This document shows positions 10,689 to 21,036 of a stretch of DNA of 64,000 bases, in pieces. Numbering within the stretch: the stretch's first letter is position 1; every line of letters begins with the position of its first letter. Below the pieces are notes generated by a model, which was not told the origin of the DNA, ran no database searches, and worked only from the letters and a program-made list of their open reading frames with translations. This DNA is from Clostridia bacterium (GTDB lineage: Bacteria; Bacillota; Clostridia; Christensenellales; UBA1242), in the NCBI GenBank assembly GCA_017444785.1, contig JAFSVX010000010.1, forward strand, positions 4,648 to 68,647. Reading direction: 5' to 3'. The position numbers and the translations under genes are program-made.

Positions 10689-10931
10689 ATGAAATTAGAT
10701 GATGCTATAAAAAAGAGAATTTTAGAATTAGCAGAAAATCAAGGTATTTCCTTGACTGCTTTGTGTTTAAACTCAAATTTAACGCCTTCAACAATATTCG
10801 GTTTTATGTATGGTGATAGTAAGTGTCCTAAAGTTATTACTATCAAAAAAATATGTGCAGGTGCAGGAATTACATTACAAGAATTCTTCTCTCCTAAATA
10901 TTTTAATGATAATACTGAAGTTTTTGAATAA
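10689..10931 (+). CDS. XRE-family helix-turn-helix regulator (cassette 2)
   Basis: 80 aa, same architecture as 3572-3811; divergent from the SLOG-like gene; GAGG RBS. Confidence 0.75.
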   Translation: MKLDDAIKKRILELAENQGISLTALCLNSNLTPSTIFGFMYGDSKCPKVITIKKICAGAGITLQEFFSPKYFNDNTEVFE

Positions 10932-10961
10932 ACCCAAATTGCGAATATTACATAAAATCAC

Positions 10962-10990
10962 TTGACAACGTTTGTTTATGGTGCTACAAT
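10962..10990 (+). promoter_or_regulatory. Sigma-A type promoter of the glyQS leader
   Basis: TTGACA (10962-10967), 17-nt spacer, TGcTACAAT extended -10 (10985-10990). Confidence 0.7.
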
Positions 10991-10996
10991 TTCATC

Positions 10997-11162
10997 AATC
11001 TGATAGGCAAAGTGGCGACTTGTCTGGAAATACTCAAATGGTATTCGTACACCTCGCGTAAGTGGGCTAAATTAAGGTGGGATTTATCCAATAAGGGTGG
11101 AACCGCGGTTAAACTGTTAATCGTCCCTTGGCAATTTTATTTATATTGCCTTGGGATTTTTT
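10997..11162 (+). promoter_or_regulatory. T-box riboswitch leader (glycine-type) with terminator
   Basis: AATAAGGGTGGAACCGCGG at 11090-11108 matches the T-box consensus. Its UGGA would pair with a tRNA 3' end UCCA (U73, as in tRNA-Gly). Terminator stem 11125-11135/11145-11155 plus T-run. Lies upstream of glyQS. Confidence 0.8.
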
Positions 11163-11192
11163 AATTGCAAAATAAAAACAGGCAAAATATAA

Positions 11193-11297
11193 GTGTGTCA
11201 TACTGAGCGAACGAAGTGAGTCGAATGTATCTATCATAATTTAAAAAATCGGACAGACCCATTCGGTTCGGCTTACGCCTCTCTCAGGGTGACACAA
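11193..11297. repeat. Imperfect inverted repeat inside the glyQS 5' UTR
   Basis: GTGTGTCATACTGAGCGAACGAAGTGAGTCGAATG (11193-11227) versus reverse complement of 11256-11297 (TTGTGTCACCCTGAGAGAGGCGTAAGCCGAACCGAATGGGTC). Ends match, centre diverged. Confidence 0.5.
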
Positions 11298-11351
11298 TTG
11301 GGAAAATTTATCATTTAAAACAAAAAAACTAAATAAAGGAGATAGAAAAAA

Positions 11352-12725
11352 ATGGAAAAGAAAATAACAATGGACACAATCGTCAATCACTGCAAAACAA
11401 GAGGTTTTGTGTTCCCTGGAAGTGAAATCTATGACGGTTTTGCAAACACTTGGGACTTTGGACCAATTGGTGTGGAGCTTAAAAACAACATCAAGCGTGC
11501 TTGGTGGAAACGCTTCGTTCAAGAGGACAAAAATACCTATGGCGTGGACGCTGCAATCCTTATGAATCCACACGTTTGGGAGGCTTCTGGTCACGTTTCA
11601 AGTTTCAGCGATCCACAAATGGACTGTAAACAGTGTAAGCAACGTTTCCGTGCCGACAACCTTATCGAGGCGCACAGCAAAGGCACAGTTGTTCCAGACA
11701 AAATGACAAACGAAGAAATGGAACAATATATTGCTGACAATAAGATCAAATGCCCACATTGTGGTGGCTTTGACTGGACAAAAATCCGCAACTTCAACCT
11801 TATGTTTGCCACTTCTCGTGGAACAATTGAAGACGCTTCTGCAAAGGTTTATCTTCGCCCAGAAACTTGCCAAGGTGAATATGTGAATTTCCTTAACGTG
11901 CAAAGAACAATGCGTGCAAAAGTACCTTTTGCAATCGCACAGATTGGTAAGTCTTTCAGAAATGAAATCACACCAGGAAACTTCCTTTTCAGAACGGTTG
12001 AGTTTGAACAAATGGAACTTCAAAAATTCTGTCACGAAAAAGATAGTATGAATATCTATGCAGACTATAAGGCACGCGCTCTTAAGTTTATTGAAGATCT
12101 TGGACTTGCGGCAGATCATTTGCGTTATCACGACCATGACAAGCTTGCACACTATGCAAAAGCCGCTTGCGACATTCAATACCTATTCCCTATCGGCTGG
12201 CAAGAGCTTAATGGTATTCACCACCGTGGAACTTGGGACTTATCTCGTCATCAAGAATTCAGTGGAAAAAATATGATCTATACCGATCCATTCACCAACG
12301 AAAAATTCTTGCCAAACGTCATTGAATACTCTATTGGTGCCGACCGTTTGACACTTGCAATCATGTGTGAGGCTTATGATGAAGAACAGCTTGAAAACGA
12401 CACAAGAATTGTTATGCACCTTCACCCTGCCCTTGCCCCATACAAAGTTGCAATTTTGCCACTTCAAAAGAATTTGAGCGAGAAAGCAAATGAAGTGTTT
12501 GCCACACTTTCAAAACAATTTATGTGCACCTATGACGAAGCCGGTTCAATCGGTAAGCGCTATCGCAGACAAGACGAAATTGGAACACCATTCTGCGTGA
12601 CAATCGACTTTGACAGTCTTGAAGACAATACCGTCACAATCCGTGACCGCGACACAATGGAGCAAATCCGCCTTCCAATTGACCAAGTCGCAGAGTACGT
12701 TGAAAAAAGAATTAAGTTTAACTAA
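11352..12725 (+). CDS. glyQS: Glycyl-tRNA synthetase, alpha2 (GlyQS) type
   Basis: 457 aa; conserved class II GlyRS sequence (FVFPGSEIYDG, WKRFV, RPETCQG, FRNEITPGNFLFR); AGGAG RBS. Confidence 0.95.
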   Translation: MEKKITMDTIVNHCKTRGFVFPGSEIYDGFANTWDFGPIGVELKNNIKRAWWKRFVQEDKNTYGVDAAILMNPHVWEASGHVSSFSDPQMDCKQCKQRFRADNLIEAHSKGTVVPDKMTNEEMEQYIADNKIKCPHCGGFDWTKIRNFNLMFATSRGTIEDASAKVYLRPETCQGEYVNFLNVQRTMRAKVPFAIAQIGKSFRNEITPGNFLFRTVEFEQMELQKFCHEKDSMNIYADYKARALKFIEDLGLAADHLRYHDHDKLAHYAKAACDIQYLFPIGWQELNGIHHRGTWDLSRHQEFSGKNMIYTDPFTNEKFLPNVIEYSIGADRLTLAIMCEAYDEEQLENDTRIVMHLHPALAPYKVAILPLQKNLSEKANEVFATLSKQFMCTYDEAGSIGKRYRRQDEIGTPFCVTIDFDSLEDNTVTIRDRDTMEQIRLPIDQVAEYVEKRIKFN

Positions 12726-12750
12726 TTTTAATAAATAATTTTAATAAAAT

Positions 12751-12788
12751 AAAACCAGATGTCCCATGCCATCTGGTTTATTTTTTTA
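12751..12788. terminator. Bidirectional intrinsic terminator
   Basis: AAACCAGATG-tcccatgc-CATCTGGTTT followed by a T-run, preceded by an A-run; lies between convergent genes. Confidence 0.85.
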
Positions 12789-12791
12789 TTC

Positions 12792-13658
12792 TTATCCATT
12801 TACAATTGCGTTGTATTCTGCTTGTAAATCTGCAATTCTTTGCGCAGATGATGATGCGTTTGTTTGATCGTTGACGCTTTCATAATATGTGTGCTTCATG
12901 TTCTCAATTTTAAGCAATGCATAGATGCACATAACTTTTTCTTTGTCAGTTTTTCCAGCATAATCAAGAGCATCAATTTTCTCTGCAATTAAAGTTTCAA
13001 TCGTCTTTTCGCTGACCGCAGTTGACATAAGTGATGACAAGTCAAAGGACTTTTCTTTGCTTATTAAATCAACATAACTTGCAAGTGGAACACTATATTT
13101 ATTTGTGCTTTCTGCAAGGTTTTTTGTGGCGAACTCAAACGCTTTGTCTTTCTTGTTTTGCTTGTAAAGCGCAATCACCTTTTGCTCTGCCAAATAGCTG
13201 TCATAGTCGCCAACATATGCAACATATTTGATGTTTGCCTTTTGAGCCGCCGCCGTATTTACTTGCGCGCAAAAACTTGCATAGTCCTCTTTATTTTGCA
13301 TTTGATCAACATATTTAACAACCTTTGCATAATCTTTATTTGAAATGGCTTTTTCAATCAGGTTATAAAGGTCACTGTTTTTCTTGGACTGCAAATAAAT
13401 CCTCTCATAGCACGCTGTTTCCAAACCCTTAAATCCAAAAGCTTCATTTATTTTCAGCGCAGTTTTTGGGCTTAGGCAAAATATGGCCGTGAAGATAAAA
13501 ATTACACTAACAAAAAGACATAAAAGCGTTTTAAGACACGTGAAAACAATGGTTTTGCTTAAATTTCCTTTTTTATTCACATCACTCTCTTTTTCTGTCT
13601 TATTCAAATTTATGCTTTCCTGATTTTCTTTTTCTATTTGTTTTTTGCTCTTTGCCAT
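12792..13658 (-). CDS. Hypothetical membrane-anchored protein
   Basis: 288 aa; Lys/Glu-rich N-terminus, one TM helix (TIVFTCLKTLLCLFVSVIFIFTAIFCL), helical ectodomain; no family recognised. Confidence 0.5.
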   Translation of the reverse strand: MAKSKKQIEKENQESINLNKTEKESDVNKKGNLSKTIVFTCLKTLLCLFVSVIFIFTAIFCLSPKTALKINEAFGFKGLETACYERIYLQSKKNSDLYNLIEKAISNKDYAKVVKYVDQMQNKEDYASFCAQVNTAAAQKANIKYVAYVGDYDSYLAEQKVIALYKQNKKDKAFEFATKNLAESTNKYSVPLASYVDLISKEKSFDLSSLMSTAVSEKTIETLIAEKIDALDYAGKTDKEKVMCIYALLKIENMKHTYYESVNDQTNASSSAQRIADLQAEYNAIVNG

Positions 13659-13667
13659 TGTTGTTCC

Positions 13668-14132
13668 CTATTCTTTTGCAATTTTGTCCAAAAGTGCAAC
13701 TCGTTTTATGTGTCTGCCAGCCTCATAGCCGGTGTTCAAGAAGGTATCCACCATTCTTGCAGCTTTGCGGTTGCAAGATGCAACCTCTTTGATGCCATCG
13801 CTATAGCCCGCCGCCAAAACAAGCACATTTGCGTCCTCGTGTCTGCGGGCAAAATAAGCGTCCGCCTCACTTTGAGCAAGCACTGCACGCACGCCCTCAA
13901 AACGATTTGCCGCAACAGCCATACCAATACCTGTTCCGCAAAGTAAGATGCCAACGCTGTCTTTTGTTTTAAGCACCTTTTCGCAAACTGCTTTTGCAAT
14001 CACTGGGTAGTCATCATTTTCGCCGCCCTCGTCATATGGCTCATTCACATCATGACCGTCCTCGATCAGTTTTTCAATAAGTTTGTATGCCATCTTAACT
14101 CCGCGATGGTCGTATCCTACAAAAATTTTCAT
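13668..14132 (-). CDS. rpiB: Ribose-5-phosphate isomerase B (RpiB/LacAB family)
   Basis: MKIFVGYDHRG ... LLCGTGIGMAVAANRFEGVRA, typical RpiB motifs. Confidence 0.9.
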   Translation of the reverse strand: MKIFVGYDHRGVKMAYKLIEKLIEDGHDVNEPYDEGGENDDYPVIAKAVCEKVLKTKDSVGILLCGTGIGMAVAANRFEGVRAVLAQSEADAYFARRHEDANVLVLAAGYSDGIKEVASCNRKAARMVDTFLNTGYEAGRHIKRVALLDKIAKE

Positions 14133-14575
14133 TAAATTTTACCTGCCTTTTTCAAGTTCTCAACAATTATATCAGAAGCTTTGTCCAAAACCGCCGCACA
14201 CTCGCTGTAACTTCTTGTGCCAAAGCCAAAAGGATCTGGAACATTGAAGCCAACCGCCTGCCTCATTGAATAGATTTTATATGCACAAATGTTGCCACTT
14301 AAATATTTTTTAATCTCCTCAGTCATGGTGATTACGGTATCTGCCCTCTGCAAGTCTTCCTGTTTAAGCTGAATTGGCTTGTGTCTTATGACAATGTTAT
14401 AACTTTTCAGTGCATTTCTTGCTTCTTGTGTTACTTTGTCGCCCTCGCCAACTGAAACTCCCACGCTTTTCACTTCTACTTTTTTGTCAAATTTTTTCAA
14501 CTTTTCCTTAAGTAGTGCCTGAAGCATAGGGCTTCTGCATGTGTTTCCAGTGCATATAAGTAAAATTCGATACAT
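14132..14575 (-). CDS. Low-molecular-weight protein phosphatase (YwlE-like)
   Basis: N-terminal CTGNTCRS (C-x5-R-S P-loop); sits upstream of rpiB as in the Bacillus ywlE-ywlF pair. Confidence 0.85.
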   Translation of the reverse strand: MYRILLICTGNTCRSPMLQALLKEKLKKFDKKVEVKSVGVSVGEGDKVTQEARNALKSYNIVIRHKPIQLKQEDLQRADTVITMTEEIKKYLSGNICAYKIYSMRQAVGFNVPDPFGFGTRSYSECAAVLDKASDIIVENLKKAGKI

Positions 14576-14640
14576 AATCTTACTCCCTATCTGCTTTCAA
14601 GCATAGCAAATCAAAAAACTTTTGTCAAACAAATGGGAAT

Positions 14641-14661
14641 TTATACTTAAAATAAGTATAA
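14641..14661. promoter_or_regulatory. Perfect 21-bp palindrome, operator-like
   Basis: TTATACTTA-AAA-TAAGTATAA; two further GTATAAA half-sites at about 14687 and 14706, in a divergent intergenic region. Confidence 0.4.
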
Positions 14662-14737
14662 ACTGTCAGATTAAGGTATAAAGTTTGAGCAAAAAGTATA
14701 AAATATTTACAAACAGTTCCTTAAAAGTGAGAAAAAT

Positions 14738-14929
14738 ATGAGTGAAAAGAAACAAACCATTCCGTCAAGTTTTATGGGATACAATAAAGATGCTGTAAGA
14801 AAACTTTTGCAAGAAAAAGATGAGCTTCTTGAAACCCAGCGCCAAGACATAGAGTATCTTCGGAAAGAACTATCAAGATTTGAGAAGAATAAAAAGGACA
14901 GGCCAAACGACAGCGAACCTGAACGCTGA
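14738..14929 (+). CDS. Small coiled-coil protein with DivIVA-like N-terminal motif
   Basis: 63 aa; SFMGYNKDAVRKLL resembles the DivIVA-domain F-x-G-Y-x-x-x-x-V motif; weak RBS. Confidence 0.4.
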   Translation: MSEKKQTIPSSFMGYNKDAVRKLLQEKDELLETQRQDIEYLRKELSRFEKNKKDRPNDSEPER

Positions 14930-15110
14930 TATTAAATAAAGAAATCTCTTTTTCAGCAATTCACAAAACAAGCAATTCACAAAACAAATAACACTAAAAT
15001 ATAACAATACCCACAACAAGTATGAAATTGCACTGCTTTTCATAAATCATCACAAAAAATTTGTTAAAAACTTACAAAAAATTCATGAAAAAATTATATA
15101 AAAACTATGA

Positions 15111-15140
15111 AAAAAATCACAAAATTTTTTGTGATTTTTC
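15111..15140. terminator. Bidirectional A/T-flanked hairpin terminator
   Basis: AAAAAATCACAAAA/TTTTGTGATTTTT palindrome between convergent genes. Confidence 0.6.
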
Positions 15141-15215
15141 TTTCTTTAAATTTTTAAGTAAATTTTTGATAAAATTTTCAATTTTTATCCATTAAAATTG
15201 TCTTACACAATTGTC

Positions 15216-15863
15216 TTATTGATTTGGAGAAACAATCCCGAGTCCCTCTGGTGTCAGCAAAAAGATGTTACCAGCAACGCGCTTTATGCTTCCATTGACA
15301 GCATAAACTGCACCTGACGAAAAGTCCAGCATACGCTGTGCTTCAGCATCAGAGATTCCGTCAAGATTGAGCATCACTGACTCGCCATTTTTAAGATAGT
15401 CAATCAATTTTTGCACTTCGCTGTAACTTTTTGGATAGAAAAATATGATATTTTTGTTTCCATAGTTGCTCATGCTTGTCTGTGAATACATGTTACCGTC
15501 ATAACCACCAAAGCTCTGTTGAGCCTGTCCATATGATGGGTTGTATTCATATTCTGAAGATTGAGTTGGCATCTGTGAAGAAGAAAACGTGGTCTCTGAG
15601 ATTTCTGGTCTTTCTTCAAGACCGCCAGAAAAACTCTCTTGGAAATTCTCATCACGATAAGTTTCAAAAGAAAGCTCTTTCTTATTATTTTTTCTGCGCT
15701 GTTTTTCAAGCTTTTTGTTCAATCTTTCTTGTTTTTTAAGCTCCTTAGCCCTCTTTTTCTCTTGCGCTAAGGATAATTTTTGGTCTTCGATTTGGGAATT
15801 TTCAAGTTCCTGCTCTTCGTTTTCAAATCCAATTCCATTCATAAGCCATTTAAATAAGCCCAT
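15216..15863 (-). CDS. sepF: Cell division protein SepF
   Basis: C-terminal DUF552 core (IIFFYPKSYSEVQKLIDYLKNGESVMLNLDG...RMLDFSSGAVYAVNGSI). ATG 15863 (MGLFKWLMNGIGF amphipathic head) has a GAGGG RBS; ORF-track start 15881 is less likely. Confidence 0.85.
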   Translation of the reverse strand: MGLFKWLMNGIGFENEEQELENSQIEDQKLSLAQEKKRAKELKKQERLNKKLEKQRRKNNKKELSFETYRDENFQESFSGGLEERPEISETTFSSSQMPTQSSEYEYNPSYGQAQQSFGGYDGNMYSQTSMSNYGNKNIIFFYPKSYSEVQKLIDYLKNGESVMLNLDGISDAEAQRMLDFSSGAVYAVNGSIKRVAGNIFLLTPEGLGIVSPNQ

Positions 15864-15951
15864 TTTACGCCCTCGTTTCAATAAGTTTACACATATATTA
15901 TAACAAAAATATATATATTTACAAATAAATTTACAATATTTTTAGCACAAA

Positions 15952-16746
15952 TTATATTTTATTTAATTCTTTTCTCAACGAAATTTCATTTTCACATATG
16001 TCAATAAATAAAAATTTAGTGTAAACTGAAACATTTTCGCCTTTGTATATTTCAGTTTTACAACTTTCAAAGCTGTCTTTAATATAACTTAAACTTGTAA
16101 TAAATTGTTTTTTTATGTTATTTTTATACAAATTATCACAGTTTATATTATTAACATTATTCATCATTTCCTCAATTTGTAAACAATTTTTCACCAAATA
16201 TTTATAAATTTCTCTGATATCAATAGTTGATTGATCAAATGCTGTCGCAAGATTATAAATTTCATTTTCAATTTGGCTTAAAAATTTAAAATAATCTTTA
16301 TAATCACTTATTGAACTGATATATCTTTTAACTCTATTTTTAATTTTGGGAAAATTTTGTGTCAACACCAAAGCTTCAGAAAATGATTTCGACATATTTT
16401 CTTTAACCTTGTTGGCATCACTCTCTGAAAAATATCCAAAAGCTAATATATATTTTGCATCATTTAAACCAAGCACATAGCCTGCTCCATTGATTTTTCT
16501 GACGTCAGCCTGCTTTTCTGTGCTTTGTGAATTGTTCTTAGCCCTCATAATGCTTAAATAATATACATTTTTCTCTGAAAAGTAATCATTTTTATTATAA
16601 AATAATGACATTATTATTGTAACTGAAAAAATAATTATAAATGTAATTGATATAAATATAATTAAAAATTGGCCATGTTCTGAATTTTTGATTTTTTTGC
16701 ACCCTTTATATCTAAAACCCGCCACTGCAAATTGCACAAATTTCAA
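15952..16746 (-). CDS. Membrane-anchored protein, possible SPOR-like domain
   Basis: One TM helix, then YYLSIMRAKN...GAGYVLGLNDAKYILAFGYFSESDANKV resembling a SPOR repeat. ORF opens TTG; GTG 16737 has better RBS spacing. Confidence 0.4.
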   Translation of the reverse strand: MKFVQFAVAGFRYKGCKKIKNSEHGQFLIIFISITFIIIFSVTIIMSLFYNKNDYFSEKNVYYLSIMRAKNNSQSTEKQADVRKINGAGYVLGLNDAKYILAFGYFSESDANKVKENMSKSFSEALVLTQNFPKIKNRVKRYISSISDYKDYFKFLSQIENEIYNLATAFDQSTIDIREIYKYLVKNCLQIEEMMNNVNNINCDNLYKNNIKKQFITSLSYIKDSFESCKTEIYKGENVSVYTKFLFIDICENEISLRKELNKI

Positions 16747-16890
16747 CCTCTATAATATAATTTTTGTGTCAGTGGCAGAGTTTAACTTTATTTTTCAAAA
16801 TATCCTATAAGTCCACAAAAAACTATAAATTTTGATAATAATAATGCACTGCCACTTCAATATAATAAATATGAAAAAGGAGAAACAAGT

Positions 16891-18788
<1,898 letters not shown>

Positions 18789-18841
18789 ACTCAAACAGAT
18801 AAAATGTAGTTTTTAATTTTATTTTTTATTATTTTTTACAA

Positions 18842-18866
18842 ATAAACATGTTTTTCATGTTTATTC
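18842..18866 (+). terminator. AT-rich hairpin downstream of groEL
   Basis: AATAAACATG-ttttt-CATGTTTATT; weak T-run. Confidence 0.45.
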
Positions 18867-19013
18867 ATTTTACCAAACAAATATTTGTTTAAAAAGATTT
18901 TATAAATGTTAAATGAAAATTTGAATAAACTATTTATGAAATAAATAAAAATAATTAGATTACACAACAAAAATCATCACATTAAACAACAAAATAAATC
19001 ATTTGTAAATAAA

Positions 19014-19045
19014 AAAGAGCAACAAAAATGTTGCTCTTTTGCTTT
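19014..19045. terminator. Hairpin terminator downstream of the DivIVA-like gene
   Basis: GAGCAAC-aaaaat-GTTGCTC flanked by A-run and T-run. Confidence 0.65.
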
Positions 19046-19053
19046 ATTTTTTT

Positions 19054-19803
19054 CTATTCATCATCACCAATAAGATCTTTCATGATATCTTCAAGACTGT
19101 CCACCGGATTGAGTGCTTCTTCAAAGTCAAAATCACTGTCGCCTTTTGCTGGATAAACCGGTTTTTGTCTTTGCTTTGATGCTTTGTTTTGCTTTTCAGA
19201 AATCCCCTTGACACTTACGGTTTCACCCTTCTTTGGTCTACCCCTGCCTCTTGTTGCATTGTCGCCAATTTTCATGTTAAATTCAAGCACAAGTCGGTCA
19301 AAACGATCAGAAAGATCACTGTTTTTCTTTTCTTTCACAACTTTAAGCCTGTTGATCTCGTCAAGATGCGACTTTTCCGCTTCAGAAAGTGGTGCATCAT
19401 TAAACCCATCTTCCATTTCAAGCATGTTATCAATGGTCGCAGAAATCTCTTTTTTGAACTCAGACAGCTTTTCTTTATCAACAGCCTCATATTTCTCAGA
19501 AAGCCCTGCAAAAAACTCATCCCATTTATCAGCGAGCCTGGCAAGACGCTCGATTTCTATGGCACACCTGCTTCGAGTTGTCGTTTCAAGATACCTTGCC
19601 TTGCGCTCTGCAATAACAAGCATTCTTGATATTGATTTCTCTTTTTTCTTATACTCCTCCAGCTCTGCAAGGAGTTTTTCTTTCTCTTTACGCTCTTTAT
19701 CAAGCTGTTCTGCCTTATGAGTCAGCGCAATCTCACTGTCTGTCATAAGCTTACGGACATAATCATCAACTTCAGTTTTTGTATAGCTTTTCTTGGTACT
19801 CAT
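19054..19803 (-). CDS. DivIVA-domain coiled-coil protein
   Basis: 249 aa; YTKTEVDDYVRKL head then long Lys/Glu coiled coil; 4-nt overlap with lgt. Confidence 0.55.
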   Translation of the reverse strand: MSTKKSYTKTEVDDYVRKLMTDSEIALTHKAEQLDKERKEKEKLLAELEEYKKKEKSISRMLVIAERKARYLETTTRSRCAIEIERLARLADKWDEFFAGLSEKYEAVDKEKLSEFKKEISATIDNMLEMEDGFNDAPLSEAEKSHLDEINRLKVVKEKKNSDLSDRFDRLVLEFNMKIGDNATRGRGRPKKGETVSVKGISEKQNKASKQRQKPVYPAKGDSDFDFEEALNPVDSLEDIMKDLIGDDE

Positions 19804-20579
19804 TTGGCACTCCTTTTACTTTTTATATTTTTAACAATCAGATATGTAAAGATGATAACTCCGGCTGCAATCATCACAAAGCACATCAGCTGAGACACCG
19901 CCACAGAGCCAAACTTCAGCACATATTCGGCTTGCCTTCTCGTTTCAAGTATTGCACGAATTGTGCCATAGTAAACAAGATATGAAGCCACGCACCAGCC
20001 TTTTTGCTTCACAAACCAGAACATACACATAAGCCAGGCAAAGCCCAAAAGGTCAAGCATACATTCATAAAAAAACAAGGCTTCATAATATGCACCATCA
20101 ATTTCAACCGCAAAAGGCAGATGTTGAAGTGCCGGATTTGTCACCAATTGACCATAAACCTCGCCATTAAAGTAGTTTCCCCACCTGCCAATTCCTTGCG
20201 CCAGAATCAGAACAACAACCAAAAGGTCAGCCACTTCAAAAAAGTTATGTTTTCTGACTAAGCAAAGGATGACAATGCCGACAAACCCGCCAATAATGGC
20301 GCCAATAATACTCATTCCACCGCCCGCAAAATCGAAATAGTCCGCAATGGTAAGCCCAGGCTCAAAGATCACCGAAAACAATCTTGCAGAGAGTATGCCA
20401 AGTGGCAAAATGGCAATCAAAATCTCGTATGGACGATTAGAGCTCAATTTTCTGCGTTTTGCAAGCACAAAAGCAAGCACAAAGGCCAAAATAATGGCGC
20501 ATGTGATAATAATTCCATACCAATAGATATTTCTCCCAAAAAGCGTGAAGGCCACGCGGGATAACATTAAATTTGTCAT
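19800..20579 (-). CDS. lgt: Prolipoprotein diacylglyceryl transferase
   Basis: IYWYGIIIT, GGMSIIGAIIGG, GRWGNYFNGEVYG motifs. Confidence 0.93.
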   Translation of the reverse strand: MTNLMLSRVAFTLFGRNIYWYGIIITCAIILAFVLAFVLAKRRKLSSNRPYEILIAILPLGILSARLFSVIFEPGLTIADYFDFAGGGMSIIGAIIGGFVGIVILCLVRKHNFFEVADLLVVVLILAQGIGRWGNYFNGEVYGQLVTNPALQHLPFAVEIDGAYYEALFFYECMLDLLGFAWLMCMFWFVKQKGWCVASYLVYYGTIRAILETRRQAEYVLKFGSVAVSQLMCFVMIAAGVIIFTYLIVKNIKSKRSAK

Positions 20580-20585
20580 AATATT

Positions 20586-20614
20586 ATTATATTAAACTGC
20601 AATCTTGTTGTCAA
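20586..20614 (-). promoter_or_regulatory. Consensus promoter placed for a leaderless lgt mRNA
   Basis: Reverse strand TTGACA (20609-20614), 17 nt, TATAAT (20586-20591), then only AATATT before ATG 20577-20579; no Shine-Dalgarno. Confidence 0.6.
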
Positions 20615-20635
20615 CATAAAATAACGCAAATAAAA

Positions 20636-20672
20636 ACAAAAATTCCGCAGAAAAAATATTTTTCTGCGGAAT
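20636..20672 (-). terminator. Intrinsic terminator of the 82-aa gene
   Basis: ATTCCGCAGAAAAA-tat-TTTTTCTGCGGAAT followed by a T-rich run on the minus strand. Confidence 0.8.
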
Positions 20673-20691
20673 ACTTGATATTCAATTTTGC

Positions 20692-20940
20692 TTAGGCACC
20701 CATTTCCTCTTCCACTTCACAGGAAGATTTCCTTGCGGCTTCTTTTGCAAGCCTTGCCTCACGGCGTTCTTTCTTGCCAACAATGTCGGACTCAGTCAAT
20801 TTGTTAATAAGATTCATTCTTGCAATCCAACCATTTTTTGCATCTTCTTGATATTCTTTTTGAGTGATAGAATCTTCGTATGCCCTCAGTGCCTTGTCAG
20901 CGTCAAGCCATACCATTTTAGTTTGTGTTTGATTTTCCAT
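20692..20940 (-). CDS. Hypothetical 82-aa protein
   Basis: GGAGGTGG RBS, own promoter and terminator; no family recognised. Confidence 0.55.
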   Translation of the reverse strand: MENQTQTKMVWLDADKALRAYEDSITQKEYQEDAKNGWIARMNLINKLTESDIVGKKERREARLAKEAARKSSCEVEEEMGA

Positions 20941-20969
20941 AAATCCACCTCCAAACTTTTGTTGGGCAG

Positions 20970-20998
20970 ATTATACTATGAAAATTTTGATTTGTAAA
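20970..20998 (-). promoter_or_regulatory. Promoter of the 82-aa gene
   Basis: Reverse strand TTTACA, 17 nt, TATAAT. Confidence 0.5.
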
Positions 20999-21036
20999 TA
21001 CCTTTTTGAAAAATTTTTTATTTTTATTTTCACAAA

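Noticed and set aside
3572-10931. The uvrBA segment flanked by inverted cassettes as a composite transposon or genomic island
   Set aside because: No transposase, integrase or terminal repeats beyond the diverged paralogous genes. The cargo is core NER genes. Kept only as a possible inversion or regulatory arrangement.
14955-14986. Perfect tandem duplication 2 x 16 nt (AGCAATTCACAAAACA)
   Set aside because: Only two copies in an AT-rich intergenic region downstream of a small gene, with no associated structure or coding potential. Most simply a replication-slippage duplication.
16779-16859. Inverted repeat AGTGGCAG ... CTGCCACT upstream of groES as a CIRCE-like operator
   Set aside because: Only 8 bp, separated by about 58 nt, and the sequence is unlike TTAGCACTC-N9-GAGTGCTAA. 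A match of this size is expected by chance in an interval of this length.
19184-19720. 178-aa and 146-aa plus-strand ORFs antisense to the DivIVA-like gene
   Set aside because: They are Ser/Leu/Phe-rich mirror frames of a Lys/Glu-rich coiled-coil gene, a typical antisense artefact.
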